Assembly (NCBI GenBank): GCA_050633305.1
Contig: JBOEGF010000010.1
Coordinates: 192,001 to 256,000, forward strand
Direction: 5' to 3'
DNA length: 64,000 nt
Source: Nannocystales bacterium
GTDB lineage: Bacteria > Myxococcota_A > Polyangia > Nannocystales > Nannocystaceae
Numbering within the stretch: position 1 is the stretch's first letter; every line of letters starts with the position of its first letter. Below are positions 1 through 10,550 of the stretch, piece by piece. The position numbers and the translations under genes are program-made. The notes under the pieces are model-generated. The model had not been told where the DNA came from. It worked only from the letters and a program-made list of their open reading frames with translations, and searched no databases.

Positions 1-5
1 CTGGC

Positions 6-608
6 TCATGTTCGAGCGGGCAGGCTGCGGAGCCAGGACTCCACGTCAGCGACGGGGGCTGGCTTGGCCTTGGGTTGAAGTTCGACGAGCCGCTTCTCCA
101 GGCGCGTGCGTGCGCGTGAGAGACGAGTGGTGACGGTGCTCTGGGGAATCCGCAGCACGTCGGCGATCTCGCGCGAGTCGAGGCCTTCCCAGTAGTGGAG
201 CTCGATTGCGATACGCTGGTCCACGGGCATGGACTCGAGCGCACGCAGGATGAGGACCTGCTCTTCGCGCTGCGCGATGAGGCCGGTCGGTGTCGTCGCG
301 GTTGCTCCTGGCCGGGTTGTGTATGACTCGATCGGAGCCTGCTGGCCCTGCGCCCGCAGATGCCGGAGCAGGATGTGCCGCGCGACCCCGAACAAGAACG
401 CGCGAAAACTAGATGCCTTTTCCAGCCGATCGGCGACCTCGAGGCAGGCCAGGAAGGTCTGCTGCGTAAGGTCCGGCGCGTCCCCGGGAAGCTTGACGGC
501 GAAGAACCGCTCGATCGCGGGGTAGTGGCGCTGCATGAGCTGCTCTCGGGCAGCGTCGTCGCCGCTCCTCCATCGCCCGACCAGCTCGCGGTCGCTCGGT
601 CCCGCCAC
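6..608 (-). CDS. ECF-type RNA polymerase sigma factor
   Basis: Region 2 (DLTQQTFLACL...SFRAFLFGVARH) and region 4 (ELHYWEGLDSREIADVLRIPQSTVTTRLSRAR). The stop overlaps an ATG (ATGA, 6-9) of a downstream gene outside the window. Confidence 0.9.
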   Translation of the reverse strand: MAGPSDRELVGRWRSGDDAAREQLMQRHYPAIERFFAVKLPGDAPDLTQQTFLACLEVADRLEKASSFRAFLFGVARHILLRHLRAQGQQAPIESYTTRPGATATTPTGLIAQREEQVLILRALESMPVDQRIAIELHYWEGLDSREIADVLRIPQSTVTTRLSRARTRLEKRLVELQPKAKPAPVADVESWLRSLPART

Positions 609-749
609 CGCTGCGAGTATACGAGCTACGCGGCGGTCGACACCTTGGTCACGGCAGATTGTTGTCGTTGCACCCGGCGCGGAAGGCTGCCGCCGAGTCC
701 ATCTGGTCCACGTGACGGCGTAGTAGGGGCGCGAGGCCGTGCAACCGGG

Positions 750-1877
750 TCATGGCTCGGTCTCGGTCTCGGGCTCGGGTACGGACCACCGTTGCACGCT
801 CGTCCCGATCGACACGGGCATGAACGTGCCGTCCATCGCTCGAATCCTGAACTTGTTGCTGGCCGGGGTGAGGTTCGTCTTCGTCCACGTTTGTCCTCCG
901 TCGCCGGTGGCAAAACCACCGACCATGGTTCCCACCCATCCCGTGTTCTCGTCCAGGAACCCGATGCCAAACTCGCGGGCTTTTGCGTCGGTGACCAGCG
1001 CAAGCTCCGTCCAGGTCTCACCGCCGTCCGTGGTCTTGACGACGACCTGCTGTGCACGCTCGGGGTCGTAACTCTGCACCGTGGCATATCCGACTCGTGC
1101 CGAAGGGAACGACGCTTTCCACGTGTTTTCCCCCGCTCGTCCCGACTGGTACGCCGCGGTCCAGGTTGCGCCGCCATCTCGGGTCTTGAGGATGCGGGCC
1201 CCCTCGTTCTCGGCCCCGGTGGGGGCGGCGGCGAAGACAAACCCGACGTTGCTGTCGATGAACTTCACGTCGAGGATCATCCCCGCGTCCTTCGACATGT
1301 CGATGACGGTCCAGTGCTCGCCACCGTCGACCGAGCGGGCGAGCGAGGCCGGTCCCCCGACGCGTCCCGCGGCGTGCACGAGCGTGCGCGGCTCGAGGAC
1401 GCCTTGGTGGATGTGTTCGGTCTGCACGATGTCGATCGAGCAGATGCCCTTGATGAACGCTCCACCGAGGTCGACCGGAGACCAACTCGTCCCCCCGTCG
1501 TGTGTCTCGTACAGCGGCACTTCGTCCGTCACGCCCGGGTAGTATTCGGTGCCCACGTTTCCGAGCCAGCCGTGCTGGGCGTCCACGAAGCCGATGGAGC
1601 GGATGAAGGTGCCAGGCTGCGACCAGATCTTGGACCACGACTCGCCGCCGTCGGTTGTCCGGAAAAGGTCTCCTTTGCCGGTCCCGTAGAATCCAACGTC
1701 CGCGGAGACAAAAACGATGTCGTCCCGCTTTCCCTTGTAGGGCTCGGTACTGAGGGTCTGCCAGTGGTCTCCCGGTGGTGGCCCAGGGGGGACCGTCGGT
1801 GCTGAGGAGCGGCAGGCCGATGTCGCGAGGACGCAGAGCGCTGCACAGAGAACCGTCCGGCGGAGTGTCGAAGCCAT
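750..1877 (-). CDS. BNR/YCF48-like beta-propeller lipoprotein
   Basis: Lipobox-like ATSAC and repeated S/TxDGGxTW Asp-box motifs. Confidence 0.85.
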   Translation of the reverse strand: MASTLRRTVLCAALCVLATSACRSSAPTVPPGPPPGDHWQTLSTEPYKGKRDDIVFVSADVGFYGTGKGDLFRTTDGGESWSKIWSQPGTFIRSIGFVDAQHGWLGNVGTEYYPGVTDEVPLYETHDGGTSWSPVDLGGAFIKGICSIDIVQTEHIHQGVLEPRTLVHAAGRVGGPASLARSVDGGEHWTVIDMSKDAGMILDVKFIDSNVGFVFAAAPTGAENEGARILKTRDGGATWTAAYQSGRAGENTWKASFPSARVGYATVQSYDPERAQQVVVKTTDGGETWTELALVTDAKAREFGIGFLDENTGWVGTMVGGFATGDGGQTWTKTNLTPASNKFRIRAMDGTFMPVSIGTSVQRWSVPEPETETEP

Positions 1878-2382
1878 GAAGTGAGAACGATGGGACCACG
1901 CACTCGAGCGTCCCGTCGACGGACCCCAGGCTCGCTCCGCTCACGGTGACCGAAACGAAAGTTTGAAACCCGAAGACCATGGGCTCGGCTCGTGTCCTTG
2001 GTTCAGAGCATTCGGCGAGCGATGCGCGCTGCGCGCAGGGGCAGGCTGCGCAGTGGCTGAATCGCGCCCGACACCGGTGGACGCCGGATTGCTCGCCCGT
2101 CATTGTTGCCTCCGGATGCTTCCCCGGAGTCGAGTGGAAGTCCGGCGCGAGATCGATGGGCATCGCTCGTCCGGGTCCGGGGTGACGTGCTTGCCCGGTG
2201 TTGTCACGCTCTCAGAGGCTCGCCTTCGCTTCGCCCGGTCACCGCGTCGAGATCGAGAACCGAGACGATGGTGGGCCCATCTCCGAGACGTCGACTACCG
2301 CGTGGTCTCTGACGAAGCCAGGTGTTCGATGTACCCTGCACCGTTGGCGCACCTTGCGTCTTGGATTTTGATGGGACCTGAA

Positions 2383-3960
2383 ATGTCGAATCGTACAGTC
2401 GTGATCGGGGGATGGAGCGGTATCGGCCTGGCGTTACTCGCCGCCGGTTGTTTCTCTCCTGAAGGAGGGGTGGACGGGGCGACCGACACCGACGTGGGCT
2501 CGAGCTCAGGAACGCTCGGGACAACCTCCGCGGGCTCCACCGCAGAGGCCGGCACCACGGGCGACACGACGGATTCCCCGACCACCGTCGCGGACTCGTC
2601 GACGGGCCCCGCCGTGTCTGGCGAGGTTCGTGCCGTCCATGCCGCGCTCGGAGCAGGTGCCGTCGACATCTACCTCGCAGGCGAGGCTACGCCGGCTTTC
2701 GCGGGACTCGAGTTCACCGACGCCAGTGACTGGCTGGATGTCCCGACCGGAACGTGGACCTTCGAGTTTCGTCCTGCAGGGGCTCCCTCGGACTCCGAAC
2801 CGGTCTACCTCAGCGAGCCCGTGACCGTGACCGACGACACCCGCGCCACCGCCATCGCGTCCGGCGAACTCGGCTCCGAGGATGAAGCCGCCGCGTTTCG
2901 TCTCGTCCTGCTCGAAGAGGATTGGGGCGCGGCGCTTGCCGGTCGGGCGCGAGGCCGCGTTGTGCATGTGGGGCCGGACGCGCCCACGCTGGGGTTCGAG
3001 GGCATCGAGCTGGAGGAGACCGTGGCTCGGTTCGGGTCCTCCGACCCGGAGGGCTTCGGCATCGAAGCCGACGGCGTGACGCGGCTCGAGCTGCTCGACA
3101 GCGAGAGTCGTGACGCCGAGCTGACCAGCTTCAGCGTGCAACCCATCGCGGAGGGCGACGAAGTTCTACTCGTGGCCACGGGTCGGCTCGGTTCCCTGGC
3201 ACGGGGCCCTGACGGCTTCGTCGTCATCGCGGTCGGCCGCGACGGGTCCCTGGGCGTTGTCCGGCAGGATCCAGAGCTGTTCGTGCTGCACGGGTCGAAT
3301 GACGCGGGCGCGCTGGAGGCTTGTTTCGGAGAGTTCGAGCTCGCGGCCAACCTGGCCTACGGAGACCTTCAGTCAACCCGGGTCTGGCCGGGCGACTACG
3401 ACATCGGCATCTACGATTACCCCAGTGGATGCAACGGTACGGCGCTCAACACCAGCGGCAGCGGTCCCCTCGAAGCCGGTGGTCGTTACCTGGTCTTGCT
3501 GACCGGAGAGGTGACGCCCGATGCCGGAGAGGCTGGCTTGCAGGTCGAGACGCTCGAAGACACATTCACCGTGGATGACGAGCCTGACGCGCGGCTCAAG
3601 TTCGTCCATGGCGCATCGTTCTCGCAGATCTACGTGGGGTCGGTCGTGGACGATCAAATCGTGGATATCAACGTCTACACCGACGCGATCAGCTGGACCG
3701 ACGAGAGCGACGAGGTCACGCTCATGCCGGCCCAATACGAGTTTGGCATTGCGGACGCCTTCGGAAAGCCGGCGCCGCCGTATGTGCCGCTGGCGACCGC
3801 CTCCCTCACCATCGGTGCGGGGGCTCGTCAGTGGGTGATCGTGGCTGGAGACCCGCTCCCCGAAGCAGGGGACGGAGGGCCGCTCGCTCTGGTCGTCGAC
3901 ACGACGGCCGCACAATGGACCGTCGCATCCCAACCCTTGGTGCCGCTCAGCCCTCCGTGA
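2383..3960 (+). CDS. DUF4397-like repeat secreted lipoprotein
   Basis: Signal LLAAGC, Ser/Thr linker, repeated 'VRAVHAA...AVDIY', 'RVVHVGPDAP', 'LKFVHGA' domains. Start moved to ATG 2383. Confidence 0.75.
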   Translation: MSNRTVVIGGWSGIGLALLAAGCFSPEGGVDGATDTDVGSSSGTLGTTSAGSTAEAGTTGDTTDSPTTVADSSTGPAVSGEVRAVHAALGAGAVDIYLAGEATPAFAGLEFTDASDWLDVPTGTWTFEFRPAGAPSDSEPVYLSEPVTVTDDTRATAIASGELGSEDEAAAFRLVLLEEDWGAALAGRARGRVVHVGPDAPTLGFEGIELEETVARFGSSDPEGFGIEADGVTRLELLDSESRDAELTSFSVQPIAEGDEVLLVATGRLGSLARGPDGFVVIAVGRDGSLGVVRQDPELFVLHGSNDAGALEACFGEFELAANLAYGDLQSTRVWPGDYDIGIYDYPSGCNGTALNTSGSGPLEAGGRYLVLLTGEVTPDAGEAGLQVETLEDTFTVDDEPDARLKFVHGASFSQIYVGSVVDDQIVDINVYTDAISWTDESDEVTLMPAQYEFGIADAFGKPAPPYVPLATASLTIGAGARQWVIVAGDPLPEAGDGGPLALVVDTTAAQWTVASQPLVPLSPP

Positions 3961-3972
3961 CCGGTCGTGCGG

Positions 3973-5211
3973 CTACGAGCCCGCGGCGGTCTCGAGGAAC
4001 GCCTGCGCTTGCGCAGCGTCGGGCCAGTGACACTCGCCCTTCTGGTCGAGCACGGTTTCCCACTTGAAGTAGCCGGGGATCCGGCCGGGCACGCCCGGGT
4101 TGCGGGCCCAGTACCAAAGCTTGGCTTCCCGCATGTCCGCCGGGAATGGGTCGTCGGCTTCGGAGTAGTCGTTGACCCACATGTAAAAACGCGGAGCCTT
4201 GTCCCCCGCGGTTGCCTGGGTCAGTGCGTCGGTCGCCGTGGGGATCCAGGCCTGCAACGCTGCGTAGGACTTCTCGGCGCACTCGAGCGCGGCATCGGTC
4301 GCCGTGGCGACGGCTGCTGACCCCTCGAAAACCTCGCCCTCGTGGGGGTAGAAGCCCCACAGGATCTCCTCGGGGTACTTGGCCGGCGTCGAGCCGCGGT
4401 GCGGCCAGTACTCCGCACCTGCCAGAATAAAACCGCCGTGGTGAAACGTGCTCATCTCGCCGTGGGGGACCGGCCGGCTGCCTGGACCGTCTGGAACGAG
4501 GGAGGCGTAGTCGACTCGAGCCACCACGCCGTCGCTCCCCACCGTGATGAGCTCGGAGGTGGTGAGGTCGAACGCAATGCGGCTGGCTTCGAGCTTGGTG
4601 TTGCTGAGCGGAGCGTCTTTCCCGGAGGGCAGCATGCGGGCGAGGCCCGAAGGTTGCAGCACCACAAGCGCGCCGATGTCGTCGACGGTCATGTCGAGGA
4701 CGTTCAGACCCTCCCGGACTGTGCCGACTTTACCGTCGGTCAGCGACACCTTGCTGACGCCTTGGGGGGTGCCGACGAAGAGTGTTCCGCCGACGCGGAC
4801 GAGGGCGCGAGCGTCCTGGAGAGCGACGTCGGTCACGAGAGGAACGAGAGCACCGCCCTCGGCTCGGTGGATCGAACCCTTGCTGCCATCGAGTAGGAAA
4901 GCAGATGCTCCGTACCCAGCCGCCACGTCGGTCCCGACGACATCGCCCAAGGAGATGTCTTGGTCTCCTTGGCGCAATGTGTCTGCCGTGAGCACCCAAG
5001 CGTGTGTTTGGCTGAGGGCGACCGCGATGGCACCGTCGTCGCAGGCCTCGAGCGGGGCGGGTGTTGCTTCACGCAGATTGAGCGTGGCGGCAGCCACGTC
5101 GGCGCACGCTGCTGGTCGCGTCTCCGCAATCGGGGCTTGGACCTCTGTCGGTGTATCCGTGCGGGTCGAGCAAGACACGAGGACGGCGGTAGCCAGGACA
5201 AAACGACGCAT
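3973..5211 (-). CDS. hypothetical lipoprotein (propeller-like N-half, Trp/Tyr-rich C-domain)
   Basis: MRRFVLATAVLVSC lipobox. The upstream ORF extension overlaps the opposite-strand gene and was discarded. Confidence 0.7.
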   Translation of the reverse strand: MRRFVLATAVLVSCSTRTDTPTEVQAPIAETRPAACADVAAATLNLREATPAPLEACDDGAIAVALSQTHAWVLTADTLRQGDQDISLGDVVGTDVAAGYGASAFLLDGSKGSIHRAEGGALVPLVTDVALQDARALVRVGGTLFVGTPQGVSKVSLTDGKVGTVREGLNVLDMTVDDIGALVVLQPSGLARMLPSGKDAPLSNTKLEASRIAFDLTTSELITVGSDGVVARVDYASLVPDGPGSRPVPHGEMSTFHHGGFILAGAEYWPHRGSTPAKYPEEILWGFYPHEGEVFEGSAAVATATDAALECAEKSYAALQAWIPTATDALTQATAGDKAPRFYMWVNDYSEADDPFPADMREAKLWYWARNPGVPGRIPGYFKWETVLDQKGECHWPDAAQAQAFLETAAGS

Positions 5212-5256
5212 CCGCTGGATGTACCACGGGCACGTCTGGGCGTACCCTGCGGGACG

Positions 5257-6531
5257 ATGCGGGAGTACGCGTACTTGTTGGGACTCAGCCTCCTCGCGGC
5301 CTGTGCCGCGTCCCCATCGCCAAAGCGCGACGGTGTCCCCGGGGCGCCGGCCACCGAATCGATGCTTCGCGCCGAGTATCGGGGCGTCGTGGACCTGGAG
5401 GCGCACCTGGCCAACCCTGGGGACACAGTGCCGCTGGAGCTGGGATGGGCGCAGACGTGTGATGCGAGCGGGGTATGTTTGGTCGAGCAGTCGGCGGGGG
5501 AAGGTGCCGAGGCTGACCGGATCTGGTCGACGCCCGAGGCAACCTGGGCCGAAGGTGAGTCGCACCGCTTCTCGGCGGAAGAGGCGAACCATCACCGACG
5601 CCTGTTGAGACTGTTCGCCAACCCGGACGGGAAGGCCGAGACGAGCGTGGAGTTCACCCATCCGCGCCTGGGGATGACCATCGACAGCGCCGCGTACGAC
5701 GAGTTTTCGCCGGAGGGCGTGGCGACTGCGATCGAGATCGACTTTCACGATGGCAGCGTGGCTTGGCGGGGCTCGCTCGTCCTCGAGGGCGCGACGCCGG
5801 TCGAGAGCCTGGCCGTTCCCGATGCGCCCCCGGCAAAGACTGGGCTCGAGCCCTCCATCGCCAAGCTCCGGGAGGGGCTGTGGGATGTTCGTTTGCCGAG
5901 CCTCGACGCCCGGAGCTTCGTCATCGAGTTCGAGAGCTTCGTCGTGACTGTGGAGGCTCCGTGGTCGAGCGCCGCGGGTGAGCAGGCGGTCGACCTGATC
6001 ACGGAGACGTTCCCGGGCAAGCCGATTCGGTACGCGCTGTACAGCCATCACCACCCGCACGCGTCGGGCGGATTGCGTGCGTTCATGGCCGCTGGCGCCA
6101 CGGTGGTCGCCCCCACGGCTCATGAGGCGTACCTCGACGAGGTCACCGGTCGTGACTTCACCCTCGAGCCCGACCGGCTCTCGAAGACGAATGCGAAGCC
6201 TTCTTCGATCGCGTTCGAGGAGACGTTCACCATCGCGGAGGCGGGCCAGAGCTTGCAGGTGATCGACATCGGCGAGCAGTCTCGCCACACGACCCACTAC
6301 ATGATGTTTTGGCTTTCGGATGCGAACGTGCTGATCCAGGGCGACTTGGGGTGGTTCGTGGCCCCGGACGGAGCGGTGCGCGTGGGGTCTCGCTCGGCGG
6401 GCTTGCTGGAAGCGATCGACACGCGGGAACTCCCGGTTGAGACCCTGCTCCAGGGGTGGCCGGTCAACAGCCAAGAACCCTCCTTGTCCATGGAAGAGTT
6501 CCGGGCAGCGCTCTCAAGCGGGGGCGAGTGA
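5257..6531 (+). CDS. MBL-fold metallo-hydrolase lipoprotein
   Basis: LLAAC lipobox; SHHHPHASGG motif; later H and GDL motifs. Confidence 0.8.
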   Translation: MREYAYLLGLSLLAACAASPSPKRDGVPGAPATESMLRAEYRGVVDLEAHLANPGDTVPLELGWAQTCDASGVCLVEQSAGEGAEADRIWSTPEATWAEGESHRFSAEEANHHRRLLRLFANPDGKAETSVEFTHPRLGMTIDSAAYDEFSPEGVATAIEIDFHDGSVAWRGSLVLEGATPVESLAVPDAPPAKTGLEPSIAKLREGLWDVRLPSLDARSFVIEFESFVVTVEAPWSSAAGEQAVDLITETFPGKPIRYALYSHHHPHASGGLRAFMAAGATVVAPTAHEAYLDEVTGRDFTLEPDRLSKTNAKPSSIAFEETFTIAEAGQSLQVIDIGEQSRHTTHYMMFWLSDANVLIQGDLGWFVAPDGAVRVGSRSAGLLEAIDTRELPVETLLQGWPVNSQEPSLSMEEFRAALSSGGE

Positions 6532-7050
6532 CGCGAGGATGTCGTCGATGTTGGCGTGGTCGCCCGCGGCTTTGTCGGAGTGTTCGAAGCGAACCGAGCC
6601 GTCGGGGTTGACGACCAAGACACCACCGATCTGGAACGCATCGCCCTGGGTTTTACCCTGGCGAAAACCCCCTTTCATGGCTCGGGCTCCAGCCTTGAGC
6701 ATCGTACCCATGCCGAGCACGGCTGAGCCCATCGGTCGACGCCAACCCGCGAGCTCGTAGCTCTTGCGACTGGGGTCGGTGAACAAGGGGACACCAACCT
6801 TGAACTGCTCGGCGAAGTCCTGGGCCATGACCGGCGTGCCGTTTCCGATGACGGCCATCGCGGCCCCAGCGGCCTGTATCTCGGACTTGCGTTCGGTGAG
6901 GCGAGCAACCTGCTCGCGGCAGAACAGTCAGCCGTAGTGCCGAAGCCACACCAACACGGCCGGCTTCTCGGCCCAAAGCGTGCCCAGGGCGACCCCGCGA
7001 CCTTGGAGATCCAGAACTTCGGTAGAGGCGAGCGCGTCGTCGACCTGCAT
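6514..7050 (-). CDS. peroxiredoxin-like (AhpC/TSA, SelU-like) selenoprotein; UGA at 6928-6930 read as Sec
   Basis: Frame reads MQVDDALASTEVLDLQG...VLVWLRHYG-TGA-LFCREQ and continues into the tracked ORF (…LFTDPSRKSY…Q.GGVLVV). TGA sits at the first Cys of CxxC, with a SECIS-like hairpin downstream. Confidence 0.88.
6901..6917 (-). promoter_or_regulatory. putative bacterial SECIS element
   Basis: On the minus strand GCGAGCA-GGT-TGCTCGC forms a perfect 7-bp stem with a G-rich loop, starting 10 nt after the in-frame TGA. Confidence 0.75.
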
Positions 7051-7154
7051 GGCGAGACTCTAGCGCCCCAGGAGCAAACCGCCAGGGGGCGCGGACGTTG
7101 CGGTGTAGGGGTTGTGCTCGACTCCGGTGGCTCTGACACTGCTACGATGTATCG

Positions 7155-8093
7155 ATGAGTTTGGTTGTTGGTGTCGGATTGTTTGCATTGCTTCAGGCGG
7201 AAGCAGGCGTTGCAGAGGGAGTTCAGCCCCCTCCGCCGCTCGCACCGTCATCAGCACCCACCACGCCCGCAGAGGCTCCGCCGCAGCCGGAGATCCAGCG
7301 GCCAAAGACTGCGTCCCCACAAACCGCCGGGCCCAGCGCCGCACCCGACGCTGCTGTGGTCGACGAGGGGTCGCTCGCGCCAGTCCCAGCCCCGGTTGTT
7401 GCCGAGCCGACTCAGCCTCCTCCACAACCTGCGGTGCCCGTCGAACCGGAGCCTGCGCCCGCCCCACAACCGCTTCCCGTCGCCGAAGATGACGTTGCGG
7501 CCCCGGTGGCGGCGCGGCCAAAGGTCCAACTACCCGCGCGAACCGGGCGGGGCCTGATGCTGGGGGCGTACGCGACCGGTGCCCTGGGGTGGGCGATGTC
7601 GCTGAGCACGATTGGACTGGTTGTCCGTGGGTGTGAGGAGGTCGATCGTTGCGTCGGAGGGTTCGTCACGACGACGGGCATTCGATGGATGGCGAACGGG
7701 GCCGCGATGGGCCTTGCGATTCCTGCCGGGGTGTTTCGAGGGCGATACGACGCGATCGACTCCGAACTCAACGGAACCGAACCCCGGAACATCGACGGCT
7801 TTATCAAGGGAGGCGCCGCAGCGATCGGGATCGGAACCGCCGGCTGGGTCATCTCTAGGATCGGGGTGTTCACGTTCTTGCCGAACCATTGCTCCGATGA
7901 GCGACGGTGCGCCATCGGGTACTTGGCCGGGCTTCAGACGAGCTTCGCGCTCGCTTCGGCAGGCGCGGGGATGCTCTCGTATGGACTGGCGCACCAAGAA
8001 CAGAAGCGGAAGCTCGGTCGACCGGTGCAGGTTCGTGTTGTCCCCCAGCTGACGCCTCAGCACAGCGGACTCTCACTCGCCGGACGCTTCTAG
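7155..8093 (+). CDS. hypothetical Pro-rich membrane/secreted protein
   Basis: Hydrophobic N-terminus, Pro/Ala linker, several TM-like Gly-rich segments, C-terminal 'GLSLAGRF' typical of myxobacterial proteins. Confidence 0.7.
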   Translation: MSLVVGVGLFALLQAEAGVAEGVQPPPPLAPSSAPTTPAEAPPQPEIQRPKTASPQTAGPSAAPDAAVVDEGSLAPVPAPVVAEPTQPPPQPAVPVEPEPAPAPQPLPVAEDDVAAPVAARPKVQLPARTGRGLMLGAYATGALGWAMSLSTIGLVVRGCEEVDRCVGGFVTTTGIRWMANGAAMGLAIPAGVFRGRYDAIDSELNGTEPRNIDGFIKGGAAAIGIGTAGWVISRIGVFTFLPNHCSDERRCAIGYLAGLQTSFALASAGAGMLSYGLAHQEQKRKLGRPVQVRVVPQLTPQHSGLSLAGRF

Positions 8094-8143
8094 CGTCGCG
8101 GGGCGGTTTTCTGCTGGCGCCCGGTCTTGTTCGTAGAACGGCG

Positions 8144-8175
8144 AAGGGCGGAGCTTCGGTCGAAGCCCCGCCCTT
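8144..8175. terminator. hairpin between convergent genes (probable intrinsic terminator)
   Basis: AAGGGCGGAGCTTCG-GT-CGAAGCCCCGCCCTT inverted repeat. Confidence 0.6.
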
Positions 8176-8189
8176 TGAGCGTCAGCGGG

Positions 8190-9983
8190 TCAGCATGCCG
8201 ACGAAGCGCCGTTGGGCTGGACGTGAACGTCAGCCTTCGCGTTGTCGGAGAACGTGACGCCGTCGCATCCGAGGAGTTGGCTGTCGTCCCAGACCGACAC
8301 TCCGAATCCACCGGACGACTCGATGCTGGTGTTGCGGATCGTGACCGACCCATCTCCGCCGAATCCTCCGACAAACAATGCGGCGTCGGAATCTTCCGAT
8401 CCGTTGAAGCCGTCCGAACCCGCATGGAAGACCTCCGCGTGGTCGAAGACGTTGCTCGCCGTCACCGTGTGAATCTCGATCCCTTGCCAGTATCCGCGGA
8501 GGGCTTCGGCACCAACGATGCGGACAGGAGCCTCTGCGGTCCCGATGGCACTGATCGATCCTCCGCTTTCGATGCTGATGTTGACGTCCTGGGCGACCTC
8601 CACGACCGCACCGGGGGCGAGTTCCCAGGCTGCCGCGACCCTCATCCGTTCCATCACGCGGTAGGGGACTTCAAGCGCAGCCCAGGTGCCCGCGTTCTCG
8701 ATGGTGTCTGCCCCCGAGTATTCGACGCGCACGAACGCGTCGTCATTGTTCAGGAAGACGTTGGAGCCCTCGACATCGGCGGCCATGTCGGGGGCGATCA
8801 TCAGGGTGCTCGCGTTGTCTTCGATGGTGTTGTTTGCGAAGCCGGAGATATCCGCCCCCCCTTGCGCGCCGAGGGCTGACCCGCCACTTCCACGCAGAAT
8901 CGAGTCGCTTACGATCAACTTGCTCTGATCGGGAAGCCAGATACCTGCGACGCTCTCGGAGGCCCCGTTCCATTGGCTGGCGCCGGCGTTCTCGACGACA
9001 CAGGACCGAAGTGCGTTGGCCGTGGCTTTGGACTCCACTGCGAGGCCCTTCCAGTAGCCGCGCTCGTTCTCCGCACCGCGCATCGTGATCGGGGCGTCGG
9101 CCGTACCCTCTGCGAGGATCGAGCCGCTGGTGGTCACGGACATGGATCCATCGAGGGGAAACTCGAGCACGATGCCCGGGAGCAGCTCGAGTGCACCTTC
9201 GAAACGGGCGTTGCTTTGCAGTCGCAGCGGGACGCCGACCGGACTCCACGCTGCAGCTTCGGCCAGGGTCCCGCCATCCACGAGAACCAGGTCGTCGGTG
9301 TTTCCCGTGAGGATGTTGTCGTCGCCGAGCCCCGCGACGTGCTCGAGGGCGACGTGCAACGGGACTTCGTTGCCGGAGAACGTTGAGCCCTGAACGGTGA
9401 CCTCGCTTCCCGACTCGACGATCAGGCCGACTCCCGTGTTGTCCCGGATTGTCGAGTTGATGATGCTCAAGCGGGACGAGCCGCCGACCTCGATTGCGTC
9501 GCCATCCACCGTGTCGAGTTCAACGCCCTCGAGACGGTTGTCCGAACTCGCCGAGCCCAACATGTCGATGCCGCCCCAGCTGAGTTCCGAGGCTGTGAGC
9601 AGGACTGGCGCCTCGGCGGTTCCCGAAGCGATGATCACGCCACCGTTGGCGACCAGAAGGCTCGAGAGGGTGCCGAAGTACATCTCGACGCCGGCCTCCA
9701 TCTCCACGCGGCCGTCGACCGCAACGACCGACGGTACCTCGTAGCAACCCGCAGGGAATGTGACGTCTCCCATGAAGTCCGTTTGACCGAGGCTCACGCA
9801 GTCCCCAACCTCGCCCGTGGAGCCATCGGTGGGGTCCGTTGCCCCAGTTGGGTCTGTATCCCCAGGATCGGTGTCGCCCGCATCTGTGTCTCCGCCATCC
9901 GCAGGCAGTGGGTCGCAGCCCATCGCGAGGAACGAGAACGTAAGGGGCAAGATCAGGCCATGGGGGGATGCAAGGCGTTTCAT
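8190..9983 (-). CDS. right-handed beta-helix repeat lipoprotein
   Basis: LAMGC lipobox, D/T-rich linker, three repeats of 'I.A.GTAEAP(V/I)...WxGI'. Confidence 0.8.
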   Translation of the reverse strand: MKRLASPHGLILPLTFSFLAMGCDPLPADGGDTDAGDTDPGDTDPTGATDPTDGSTGEVGDCVSLGQTDFMGDVTFPAGCYEVPSVVAVDGRVEMEAGVEMYFGTLSSLLVANGGVIIASGTAEAPVLLTASELSWGGIDMLGSASSDNRLEGVELDTVDGDAIEVGGSSRLSIINSTIRDNTGVGLIVESGSEVTVQGSTFSGNEVPLHVALEHVAGLGDDNILTGNTDDLVLVDGGTLAEAAAWSPVGVPLRLQSNARFEGALELLPGIVLEFPLDGSMSVTTSGSILAEGTADAPITMRGAENERGYWKGLAVESKATANALRSCVVENAGASQWNGASESVAGIWLPDQSKLIVSDSILRGSGGSALGAQGGADISGFANNTIEDNASTLMIAPDMAADVEGSNVFLNNDDAFVRVEYSGADTIENAGTWAALEVPYRVMERMRVAAAWELAPGAVVEVAQDVNISIESGGSISAIGTAEAPVRIVGAEALRGYWQGIEIHTVTASNVFDHAEVFHAGSDGFNGSEDSDAALFVGGFGGDGSVTIRNTSIESSGGFGVSVWDDSQLLGCDGVTFSDNAKADVHVQPNGASSAC

Positions 9984-10153
9984 CGAGGGGGGTTGTTCGG
10001 CAACCAGGCTTCGTGATCACGAAAAAACGCGAACTTGGCCCACTTGTGAGCTGTGCCCCGTCTGCGGCGCGAGAAGTGAATAAGACCGATGACGCGTGAA
10101 ACGAGGGACTGTGGGCTTTGCGGCGTGTCAGGGGTTCGACTATGGTCGCGGCG

Positions 10154-10504
10154 ATGCGGCGCTTGGGCGTGATGTTGTTGCTGTGCGGGGTTGGCTGCGG
10201 CAAAGCACACCGCCCATCCAAAGGATTCGTCGCGCAGGAGATGCAGTGCAAGCGGAGCGGGCTCAGCATGTCGGAGGTCTTCGAAGACACGTGGGTCGGT
10301 GAGGATGGCGCGATGCGTGTGCGCTACCGGGTGGGTGCCAGCTGTGCCAAGCCCAAGGTCGGCCCCGTTGCGCCGATCGATGTGTGGCAGGAGTGCCGTT
10401 GGTCGAGCGAGCGCTGGGACTGCGACGAGTGGAAAACCGGGACCCGTGGCGGCTTGGACAGGCCTGCCGCGACGTACCTCGACGCCGAAGAGCGCGGTCG
10501 CTGA
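10154..10504 (+). CDS. small hypothetical lipoprotein
   Basis: MRRLGVMLLLCGVGC lipobox; Cys/Trp-containing mature part. Confidence 0.55.
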   Translation: MRRLGVMLLLCGVGCGKAHRPSKGFVAQEMQCKRSGLSMSEVFEDTWVGEDGAMRVRYRVGASCAKPKVGPVAPIDVWQECRWSSERWDCDEWKTGTRGGLDRPAATYLDAEERGR

Positions 10505-10550
10505 CCGTCTGGACTTGACGTCGACGACACCAGGCGGGCACGCTGCTTCG

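Noticed and set aside
6514..6858. 114-aa ORF as a complete gene or a nonsense pseudogene
   Set aside because: The upstream frame is continuous through a single TGA at the redox Cys position with a SECIS-like hairpin, so Sec recoding explains it better.
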